A stretch of 64,000 nucleotides of DNA, from contig JBITNC010000001.1 in NCBI GenBank assembly GCA_050084985.1, forward strand, positions 187,612,001 through 187,676,000. Reading direction: 5' to 3'. The translations under genes and the position numbers were made by a program. Source of the DNA: Nageia nagi. Lineage: Eukaryota > Plantae > Pinophyta. The notes beneath the pieces were generated by a model. The model searched no databases, was not told where the DNA came from, and saw only the letters and a program-made list of their open reading frames with translations. Shown piece after piece: positions 52,997 to 64,000 of the stretch. Each line of letters opens with the position of its first letter. Position 1 is the stretch's first letter.

Positions 52997-55900
52997 TGTT
53001 GGAATGTATAATGCATTATTGTAAAGGTTTGTATTAAATCTTCTATGTAAGTTCACTAATACTTAAGGGTATCATTTGATACCTTAAGTATTTAAGTGAA
53101 TATGATAATGTAACTTGTCCTACACTCCATGTCATGAGCATGCCCCCTGGGTAAAAGGATGTGCATGTCATGCTTTTGTACATTGAATAAAACAATGATC
53201 CAAAGAGAGATTTTGGCCTATAAATAGAAGGATCCCTCTTTGTGATAACAAACCAATTGTGGAGTAAAGTTATACTATAGGATAGAAGTGTAGGAGTTGA
53301 GATTAGGAGGATTGTAAGAGAGTTGTATTTGTGATTGAAGTAAAGATCTATTTAGTGGATGTACTCCTAGTTGGAAGAACCACTTTACATCTTGATTTAC
53401 TTTATGAGATTATCTTATTTGTAAGTTTGTTAGATGTGTATTGTGAGCTTTCAAGAGATCTTGGTTGTTTAGAAATTATCTTGTTAGTGTTAGTTCCTTC
53501 ATTTTGGTATCAGAGCAACTTGGAGTCTCCTCTACACATCCTTGGTGTGAAAGCTCTTCTTCTACATCTTGGTGATCTTCATTCCTCATTTTACACCTCT
53601 TTCCTTCATTGTTGAGGTAAAACTAAGAGGAGGTATAAATTCCTTCCTACTAACATATTATTTACTATGTGTTAGTTCTTCTTGAGCATAGTATGGCTAA
53701 ACAAAATTGCAAATTTTTTTAATTTTTTTATGCTAACCTACTATGTTACATTTTTTTTTGTAATTGCTACAATTTTTTTAAGAAAAGGGGTTATTATACA
53801 AAATTTGTGTTATATTACAAAAGTAATATTATAATTTTTTTATACTCAAATAAAGGAAGGGCCAATATTTATTTATTACAATTTTTTTTATATATTGAAA
53901 ATCAAATAGTATTCTAGGAGAGATATATTTGTCAATGTTTTCTAAAGCATTCAAAATATTTACATTAATTTTTTATTTTGAAACAAATTTTATGCATTTT
54001 TTTAAATAAGAGATTGTTATTTTATAAAGTGTTCAAAAAATTTCAATCTTTTACTGCAAAATAAATTGCAAATATGGGGGTAGAGTATGACTCAATGTCT
54101 ATTAATTTTTTTTTTGGCCAACATACATTACACCTTTTTCAATAAGATTCTTTTTTTTTAAATCTCTGTTAAGGGGTGGAGAAATGAGGATTGTAAAGGG
54201 CCAACACCTGTAATATTATGTTGAACATGTTTAGCCAGCTCCATGTCTCTCTTTTAGGAACTCCTCTTTTTTTTATCTCTCTAAAATGGCCCTCATATCC
54301 TATTGAATAGCCTTGGTGGGTTGTTAAAAAAAAACCTTCATTCCCCTCCCTCACAAACTGGATTTTTTGGACCCTTTGTAGCTGGCCTTCAACTGCTACA
54401 CCTTCACATCCCCTACCCCTCCTCATGTATTGTGTTTCCTCACATGTTGATTTTTTTTGGCTCTATGTAGCTTGATGATTCACCCTCACTTCTCTCCTCT
54501 ACATCAATCTCCTGATATGTGATACCCTCCATAAAACTAACATATTGTTGCATTTGATTCTCCTCCACTCTCATTTGGGATTTCATTTAGCACCTCATTT
54601 TTTTTAGGATTGGGAGTGTCTGGCATGCCTTTGTTTTGCACTTGCATGGTGCCTTGCTTCTCACACTTGCATGATGCCTCGCTCCTCATAGATGGCTTCT
54701 CTCCTTGTGGGTTGATCCTCCTTCACCATTAGATCCTACCATCCCCATCCACTATTTGTAAGATTTATTAATCGAGTGGGCTGCTCCTCCCACCTCTATA
54801 TTTTTTTTCCCCCTTTCAATGAGAGCAAGGCTTCCTCACTCCTTATGATATGCTTCATTTTTTAAAACCCTCACCCTTGTTAATAGACCACTCAATGTAG
54901 CCTTTTTTTTAATAAAAAATACTCTTCCTCTCTTAAGTCAAGCATATTAAAAAGGGGGGGGGGGTGCATGTCATTTATTTTTTGTAATAGAGCTTTTTTC
55001 TTTCTTGCAAGTTATCTCATTTATGTTTGAAACTTTGTCAAAGTATATTAAATGCTATTCCTTTGAGTACACAACTTCCTTATCCATTTTTTACTCTTCA
55101 TTAATTTTTTTTGGAACATCAATGATGATTACTTGTTTAAAATGGAAGCATTGAATGGAAAATGTTTTAGCATGAGCCATTTTTTTAGGCATAGAGAATT
55201 TTTATGAAAAGATGTCATGCCTAGAAGTAACAAGAGTTTCTTTACTTAAATTTTTTAATCCTTTATGAATATTTCTTATTTAGAAATTTTTTTATTCCTC
55301 TTTAAATTTCTTGAAAATGATGCATGATTATGTACCCTTTTTATGCAAAGTGATAGATAGACTTATGCAAATTAAGAAAATAATGCATGTTTATGCCTTT
55401 TTATGAATGGACTAGTTCTTATGAAGAAATAATGCATGCTTAATTTTTAAGTTAAATGCTTATATTTTTAAGTTAAATAATGCATGCTTATGATTTGTAA
55501 TTATGTTTATACTTAAACATTTAAGTTAAAATGTTGCATGGTTATGCTTAGTACTTAAATTTTATGCATGCCTAATACTTGCTTAGAACTTAATTTTTTA
55601 AGTTAATGCTTAGGACTTAAAATTTTTAATGCATGCTCAAGGTCTTAATTTTTTTAAGTTTATGCTTAGAGTTTAAATTTTTTTAAGGTAAATAATAATG
55701 CATGCTTAGTACATACTTAGTACTTAAGTTGAAATAATGTATGTTTATTACTTAAGTTATGATGCTTATGGGAATGTTGCATGGTATATTTGATGGGATA
55801 TATTCAAGTTATGCATGTTTATGCTTATGTATTTAGTTTATGCTTAAATATTTATTCCTTATGGAAAGTTAATAAATAAACTTGTCCAAAAATAGGAATG

Positions 55901-56710
55901 ATGTAAAGATATCCTTTAGGGGTTGGTAAACAAAATCCATTGGACACTTAGGTTTCAAATTGAATGGATGATGTTTAATTTTATGCTCTTTTACTTCATG
56001 TTTCACATCTTGCTTTATTTTCTTATGCAAACAAAAATGTAGACATTGATATGACCAACCCCCTAAAATGAACACATCTACATGTACATTCTGCAACATG
56101 ACTTATTTAGGGAGTCATGAGGTGAGGACAGGCGAACTGGAGCCTTTAAGTTCGATGATCCAAATGGTGAAAAGTTCGTACTTCTTAATTGCCCCTAAGT
56201 CCTCTATTGGTATAGATTTAACTCCAATAGGTAGATAGGTATGTGTGTAGTGATACCACATATCGGCACATCTATTCAAGGATTATCCTGATAACTTAGG
56301 AGGACAACTTGAAACCTAATTAAGATTAATAATTTGGTCGATCCAATAAATGTTGAAACCTTGAAAAATAGCTAGTGCTTTTCCTTGTGAGAGTATATTG
56401 CTACCCAAGGGGAACTAGCTGAGGATTGGTAGTACTTGGTCTCCTCTTATGTGGGCATCTAGGTGAAAGCCTAATTTTAGATAAGAAAACAAGCCTCAAT
56501 AATGTCACTCTACATCTATGGTTCTTGAGATGAGAAATGTATTTGGGTACATGGGTTATTATTTGAATTCTAAAACATTTGCACTTGTGAATCAAATCAA
56601 ACATGTCTTTAGTGTTAAATGTAACATGTATTATTTACTTGGTTAAAACTTAATATTTAATATTAGTTATTGAAACCACATGCTTATTATTTCACATTCT
56701 TGTGTAGCAA

Positions 56711-59700
56711 ATGGAAAAATCCTTTTTACCCAAACACATTCTTAATGGTTCCAACTATAGAATTTGGGAACCTCAGATGAGAGTTAAATTGCAGGTAAAG
56801 AAGCTTTGACAAATAGTGAATGAGAACTTTGTACCTCCCATAGATGATAAGGCACTAGAGGCTTACAACATAAAGAATGAGTTGGCAACCTCCATGATTT
56901 ATTGTGTAATTTTAGATGATGTGTCGTGATGATTTCCTCTTTAACCTCGATAAAGAAAGCTTGGGATGAGCTTAAACAAATCTACCTTGGTTCAAACTTT
57001 TCAAGAAGGTTTACCATTCTCTAAAAGTTGCTTCAATCTCGTTAAGGGAAAGATGAAAATATGGCTATCTAGTTGAACAAAATCAATCACCTAAGGATCC
57101 AAGTTGTTGCTTATGGATGTAATTAGATCAATGATGAGTTCATGGTCTTTATCATTCTTCAAAGCCTCTCTTTAAAGTTTGGAAACTTTGTAACGGTTAT
57201 GGAAACAAGGTTTGATGATGAAAAAGAAGTCTTCTCCTTTGAGAACCTTTCAAGGCACCTATTGAAGCATGAGGAAACCCTTAACAATAAGGTGTTAATT
57301 TCTTCTCCTAAAGATAATAACATTGCTCTTGAAACAACCAAAACTCTTTTCAAGAAGAATTTCAACCATCAAAGGAAATCTTATCCTTCTTCCTCCAAAA
57401 GGTTTAAGAAAAGAGGCAGTGGCTACAACAGTAGTAGGAATAATAGAAACAACAACCACAATAGTAGAAACAATAGCAACAACAATCATTTCAAGTAAAG
57501 AGATAGAAAAGGAAAAGCAAACACTCCTTATCCTAAGGAAAAATTTGATGGAAATTGTCACTATTATGGCATTCAAGGTCATAGAGAAATTGAATGCTAC
57601 AAAAAGAAAAGAGAGGAAAAGAACAAAAGAAATAGAAATGTAAAGAACTACAAAGGAAAGGAAAATACTCATGCTAGTTTTGCTACGGTGCTCTACTCCA
57701 TGTCTCACTCTTTTTCATCTAAATGGATTATTGACTCTGGTTGCACTAATCACCTATGCTTTTAAAAAGAAAAGTTTGAGAACTTTCACAAGTATGAAAA
57801 GGATGCAGTTGTGATAGGTGATAACTCTACCCTTGAAGTCCAAAGAATTGGAAGTGTGTTGATTCATGAAAAAGTTCTTGAAAATGTTTTCTATGTTCCT
57901 AAGTTAAGGATGAACCTTATCTCCATGATCTAAGTTACCAAAAAAGGGTACTCTTTTGAATTCGACTTTCAATCTTGGTGCATTAAGAAAGGACTTGCCA
58001 CTTTGGTTAAAGGATCTATGAAAGATAACCTTTACATTATGGATCAAGTTCCATCAAAGATATGTCTTACTTCTAGTGTATGTTATAAAGGTAATATTTG
58101 GCACCATCGTTTAGAGCACCTTAACCAAAAGAGTATTCAAGTTATGAAAGACCAAGAACTTATGGTAGGTTTGCCTTCAATTTCTCCTTCAAATGGTCTA
58201 TGGAAAAAGTGCATTCTTGGTAAGATGCATAAATAAAAGTTTGAAAATGATAAGGCAATAAGAGCATCCCAACTTCTTAAACTTGTATATTTAAATTTGA
58301 TGGGTCCATTTAAAACTAAGTCACTTGGAGGAGCATTTTATGTCTTGACCTTCATTGATAACTTTAGTAGGATGACCTTTGGGTATCTACTTGAGCACAA
58401 GGATCAAAATTTTGAGAGTTTTAATATTTTTAAGGCTTTTTTTGAGAATCAAACCAACCTTAAAATCAAGATGTTGAGATTATATAATAGGGGAGAATAT
58501 AACAACAATGATTTGAATAACTATTATGCTAAGTATGGATTCAAGAGGTAGTTTATAATTCCATATACTCCTCAGTAGAACGATGTTGCCAAAAGAAAAA
58601 ATAGAACAATTATGGAGATGGATAGATGCATGTTGGGTAATTTTCCTAAATTCTTATGGGGTGAAGCTATGAGCACTACTATTTACACCTTGAATAGGTG
58701 TCTCATAAAAGCCATTTAGATTAAAACTCCTTTTGAGGCATGGTTCAAAAGAAAACCTAACATTTCTCACCTTAGGGTGTTTGGTTGTGAAGCTTTCTCC
58801 TACACCTTAGGGTGTTTGGTTGTGAAGCTTTCTCCTACATTATTTTTGAGAAAAGAAAGAAGTTGGACAAAAGAGTTGAAAAATATATCTTTATGGGTTA
58901 TGATAGTCAGCATAAAGGTTACAAGCTCTACTCTCCAACCTATAAAGCAATATTCATTTCAAAGGATGTAAAGTTCAATGAACTTCTTGAAAAATCTACT
59001 TCTAATGAGGATGTTGATGATCTAGAGGACTCTTCATTTGCTCCTAGCTGGTTGGATATTTATGTAAACAAGTCACCTCAAGAACAAAATTCTCCAACAT
59101 AAAGGGTAATAAGGAGCATTACCTTGAAAAAATCCTTAATTGCCATGATTGACAACAAGCATGAGCCCTCAACCTTCAAAGAATCTTCTAAGCACGAGTG
59201 CTAGATGGAAGCCATAAAAGTGGATTATGAGGTGCTTATGAAAAATAAAACTTAGGACTTGGTTCCTTATCTCAATGAAAAGAATGTGATTGGCAATAAG
59301 TGGATCTACAAGGTTAAGTTCAATTTAGTTGGAGATGTTGAGAAATATAAGGCAAGGTTTGTAGCTAAAGGTTATGCTCATAAATACAATGTAGACTATG
59401 AGGAAACCTTTACTCCTATGGCAAAGATGCCTACTATGAGAGTTATTCTTGCTCTTTTTATAGCTCAAAGATGGAAAGTTTTTCAAGTTGACATCAAGAG
59501 TGCATTTCATAATGGTGACTTAGATGTGAAAATCTTCATGAATCTATCAGAAGGGTTTATCATGGAAGGCAAAGAGTCCTTTGTGTGCAAGATAAAGAAG
59601 TCATTGTATGGATTTAAGCAAGCACTTAGAGCTTGGTATAGAAATATTTCAAGGTGCTTTGCAGACATTGAATTCTCTAAGTATTTTTTTGACTCCAATC

Positions 59701-60708
59701 TATATGTTCTCAATCAAGGAAAAGATATGGCTTTGATTCTCTTTTATGTGGATGATTTTTTGATTACTATGAACAAGATGAAATCATTCAAGAGTGCATA
59801 TTCAAACTAAAGGCAATGTTTGAAATGATTGATCTTGTTCTCTTACACTACTATCTTGGAATGCAAGTGTATCAATACAAGGATTATACTTGCCTCATTC
59901 AATCTAAGTATATATCAGACATCTTGCAGAAGTTTGGAATGGAGGAGTGTAGATATGCTGTAATCCTAGTTTCTCTTAGAATCATTATTTCTTTAAGTTC
60001 TAACTCTTAATTAGCTGATGCTATAGCTTACAGGTAATTAATTGATAGTCTTTTATATTTGACTATATCTAGGCTAGATATTGCATTTGCAGTGAATCTG
60101 ATGGCACAGTTCATGCAGAAACCATATGTTGAGCACCTCAATGATATTAAGTAAATCTTGAGGTATGTTGCAAGGACTAAATATCTTGCTCTCAAGTATT
60201 TCAAGTTACCCTCATTTATTCTCTCTGGATTCTCAGATTCTGACTATGGAGGAGATAGAGATGATAGGAAGTCAACTTTTTGTATGTGTTAAGCATTGGT
60301 TTAGGTGCTATCTCTTGGGCTTTTAAGAAGCATCCTACTATTTCTCTTTCTACCATAAAATTTGAATATCTTGCCATGTCTATTGTAGCCCAAGAAGCCA
60401 TTTAGCTAAGGCATATTTTGAAAAAAATTAGGTATGAGCAAGGTAGCTCATCTTTGATCTCTTCAAATAATCAGTCAGCTATTTCTTTGGCTAAGAATCT
60501 AGTGTTACATTAAAGAACAAAACATATGGAAATCCATGCCCATTTTATCAGGGAGAAGGTTCTTGATGGCATCATACACCTAGAGTATTATCCATCCACC
60601 TTCAACTCTGCTAATTTGTTCACCAAGCCCCTCTTGAAAGCTCAATTCTGTAAGCTACAAGATGCTATCGGGTTGGTGAAGTTACCCTCAAGGGGGAGTG
60701 AAGTTTGA
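56711..60708 (+). pseudogene. Copia gag-pol polyprotein (disrupted)
   Basis: LNGSNYRIW, CHYYGIQGHREIEC zinc knuckle, WIIDSGCTNH protease, WHHRL GAG-pre-integrase, integrase YVLTFIDNFSR, RT KARFVAKGY..YVDD, RNase H ..TKHMEIHAHFIRE. Stops, frameshifts and a 35-bp duplication at ~58768-58839. Confidence 0.95.
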
Positions 60709-60804
60709 ATTTTTATGTTGAATTCATATTTGTGATGACAACTTCACCCTTAGGAGGATTTTATGCTATATATTGTTAATTTTGTTATACACCTTTGTGG
60801 TAAG

Positions 60805-61050
60805 TTTACTCTATGTGAGGAACTTATTGTACAAATTGGCTAATTTAGCACTATTTAGTTATCTATGTGTGAGGAACTCTTATATGTATTTTGGCACTAT
60901 TCGGTTATCCATATGTGAGGAACTCGTATGTGCATACTCTATTTTTGGTCAATCTAGCACTGTTTAGTTATCCATGTATGAGGAACTCTTATGTGTCTTT
61001 TGGCACTATTCAGTTATGCATATGTGAGGAACTCATATGTACATGCTCTA
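60805..61050 (+). repeat. Dimeric tandem repeat in the Copia 3' region
   Basis: GTTATC.AT.TGTGAGGAACTC recurs about 5 times, in alternating ~46/64-bp units. Confidence 0.8.
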
Positions 61051-62020
61051 TTTTGTAATGATAATCAACACATGCTTTATATATAGTAGGTGACTATAAG
61101 TTTTTGGCATGGCATCTTTGTGATGAATTATAGTACACCATTGATCAGTTCATAATGGCATTTGTGTGATTCATTTATCCTTGTTGATATGAATATGATG
61201 CATCTAACTGATCTTGTTATTTGAGTTGCTTATGACTTGCAGGTTCCTTTGAGATTGCAAGTTACTTACCTTAGGTATGCAGGCTCTTGGATACTCTTCA
61301 TGACTTCCAGTTGGATGACTACTTCATGTACATTGAAATTGATTGTGGTTAATGATTGTATTTGGCAAAGTAGTGAGTTTCAAACTAGATTTTTCTTACT
61401 TCACAAATATGTAAAAAGTTCTCATCTCCATTGTATTTGTTTGGAGGAGAACTCTCTTTCTCTCTCTTCTTCTTCTCTCTTACTCACTCTATCCCATTAT
61501 TGCATTAAGGGGGAGTGTTGGAATGTATAATGCATTATTGTAAAGGTTTGTATTAAATATTTTATGTAAGTTCACTAATACTTAAGGGTATCATTTGATA
61601 CCTTAAGTATTTAAGTGAATATGATAATATAACTTGTCCTACACTCCATGTCATGAGCATGCCCCTTGGGTAAAAGGATGTGCATGTCATGCTTTTGTAC
61701 ATTAGATAAAATGGTGAGCCAAAGAGAGATTTTGGCCAATAAATAGAAGGCTCCCTCTTTGTGATAACAGACCAATCATGGAGTAAAGTTATGCTATAGG
61801 ATATAAGTGTAGGAGTTGAGATTAAGAGGATTGTAAGAGAGTTGTATTTGTGATTGAAGTAAAGATCTAGTTAGTGGATGTACACCTAGTTGGAGAAACC
61901 ACTTTACATCTTGAGTTACTTTATGAGATTGTCTTATTTGTGAGTTTGTTAGATGTGTATTATGAACTTTCAAGAGATCTTGGTTGTTTAAGAATTATTT
62001 TGTTAGTGTTAGTTCCTTCA

Positions 62021-64000
62021 TTAAAGGTGTATACAAATCCATAAACAAGGTGCAAATAGAGTGGCCAAATTTAATTTTAGTATCATGCATTAAATAAGTT
62101 ATATGGAAAAGGTCCTTCATGTCAATGTGTGCAAACTCTTGAGTAAATTCTCCATAATCCTATTTAAGCATGAAAGGTGGAGGGGATGAAGCAATATCAT
62201 ATTCAAGAGGCATGCTCATGTTGAAAGAAGGGTTGAAACAAATCATAAAAGCATCAAGGCCTTGATCAAATAATAAAGGATTATCAACCACTTTGAAAGA
62301 GGGTGACATAGGTCTAATGTTTATTGTAGGTAATATTTCATGAGAAAGAGTATTGAAAAATAAACTATCTAGGGATACCTCCTCTTCAACTTCATTGCAA
62401 GGAAGTTGAGATATAGAAAGGGGCTCTTGAATAGATGTTTCTCTTTCACATTAAATGACATGAAGTGCATTAATGATTAAAGCTTGATTTTGATAACCCA
62501 AACTAGATTTATCAAAGGGTAAACATGGTTCAATAGCTATGGGTTCAACAATACCATGTTCAAATTTGCCAAGGCTCTGACCTTTCCAATCACAAGTCTC
62601 ATCAAAATATTGAGAAGCAAAGGCAAACTTAGACAAGTTTTAAGGAGGAACACAAGAAGACAAAGAAGGGTGAGGTTATGTACTAGGTTCAATAGTTGTT
62701 GACATAACATTCTTCTCTTTAATGAAAGAGATGAGTTTAATACATGGCTCTTTTGATGGAGGAAAAATTGAATGACATCCCATATCTATAAGAGAAGGAA
62801 TGGTAGGAAAATTGAGAATTTGATTTTACAATTTGTATTCTCCAACTTGAGGTGATGTATATGAAACAATGGCTTTATTGGTTGACTCTCCAGTAGAAGG
62901 AACCTCACTATAAACAACAATAGTAGAAGAAGTGATAATACTATCATTCACAATGTGAGAAGATGTAGCAATATTGGAATTCACAACATAATAAGTGAAA
63001 GGTGGGACAAAAGGCACAAGACATGTGGAAGAAAAAAAATCATCATAAGAAGAAATAAAATTGTAATACTAAAATGGTTTAGGATAAGAATTAACACATG
63101 TTAATTTGCCTTCATGAATAAATTTTATGCATTGATGCAATGTAGAAGGTACACACTTCATTTCATTTATCCATGGTCTTCCAAGTAAGAGGTTATATTG
63201 TAAAGTTCCTTCAATGACATGGAATAAGGTATGCAATGTTCTTGGTCCCACCTTGAGGGGCAATACTATAGTGCCCATAGTGGTAGAAATAGTATAATTG
63301 AAGGCTCTTAGTTGTAAGGTGGAAGAGGATAGACTACTTTGAGGTATGTTAAGATGATTCAAAGCTAAAGAAGAAATAATGTTTAAACTTGAACCATTTT
63401 AAAATTTTGGCCCTCCATGAAAGCAATTATGAAAAGAGGAGGGTGGGATCCAAGAAGTCTTGACTCAATAATCTCATGTTCATAAAAGGTTATAGCACCT
63501 GAATCACATGATTGCACATGACCCAAAAAATTGTTAAAATATTCTACATCTTTAGCTTGTACTTCAATGGATTTTAAGACTTCCATAAGTGCATCTCTAT
63601 GAGCTTTGGAAGTTTGAAGTAAATAAAAAATGGACATCTTGGTTAGTAATGATTTCAATTGATGGGTGATACTAGATTTGATGGTGATAATAGGATGCCT
63701 TTGGTTTTGATTTTGAGTAGGATCTCTTGGACCTTGGGTTCCTTTAGAATCATTATGCCTTGGAGCTTGATTTGAACTTGAGGTATCTTACCTTAGAAGG
63801 GTATTCTTTTGGTTTCTTGTAACAACATGGATCATACCAACAAAATTTTGCAAAGAAGGATTATTAACATAATTCACTTGATTTGTATGAAATTGATTTT
63901 TCCTTGAAAGTAGATCCTTCTAAACATTTAAATTTTGATTAGGTGGTGTAAGTGGATTGTCTATAACAAGGTCTTATCTTTTAATCAAATCTTGGATCAC
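62021..64000 (-). mobile_element. Tat/Ogre Gypsy element 2 continued: gag end, protease, G-patch
   Basis: LRAFN..GTIVLPLKVGP..YNLLLGRPWI..VPSTLHQCIKF (protease region) and WKGQSLGKFEHGIVEPI..SSLGY (G-patch). Contiguous with 52996 across the Copia TSD. Confidence 0.9.

Larger units (their letters stand above)
52997..62020 (+). mobile_element. Full-length Ty1/Copia LTR retrotransposon (9,024 bp), inactivated
   Basis: 505-bp LTRs at 52997-53501 and 61516-62020 (about 30 substitutions by hand count, ~94% identical), perfect TSD TTAAA, PBS TGGTATCAGAGC at 53505-53516, PPT AAGGGGGAG at 61507-61515. Confidence 0.97.

Overview
AT-rich, CpG-depleted, transposon-dominated plant nuclear DNA, most likely a conifer. 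That is inferred from a Penelope-like element fragment, a 15.5-kb intron and deeply nested, decayed LTR retrotransposons. The only host gene is a minus-strand SP1/SPL1-family (MUL1/GIDE-type) organellar E3 ubiquitin ligase. Its exons 1-6 lie at 19081->2483 and the RING-encoding exons fall outside the window on the left. Its introns hold a Penelope/Dryad RT fragment, chromovirus and Tat LTR remnants, hAT MITEs and a hAT transposase relic. Upstream are a perfect 4x34-bp minisatellite and a ~3-kb inverted-repeat structure. One arm of that structure carries a young 268-bp miniature LTR retrotransposon whose LTR/PBS junction folds as a tRNA-like cloverleaf with Pol III A and B boxes; this is the most novel-looking signal here. 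The rest (22.6-64 kb) is a nest of two Tat/Ogre-type Gypsy elements with antisense plant-mobile-domain ORFs, a long-LTR non-autonomous element containing a 4.4-kb TSD-less captured segment, and a full-length 9,024-bp Copia element with an inverted LTR-end relic nearby. All calls were made by eye from sequence and translation; no searches were run.
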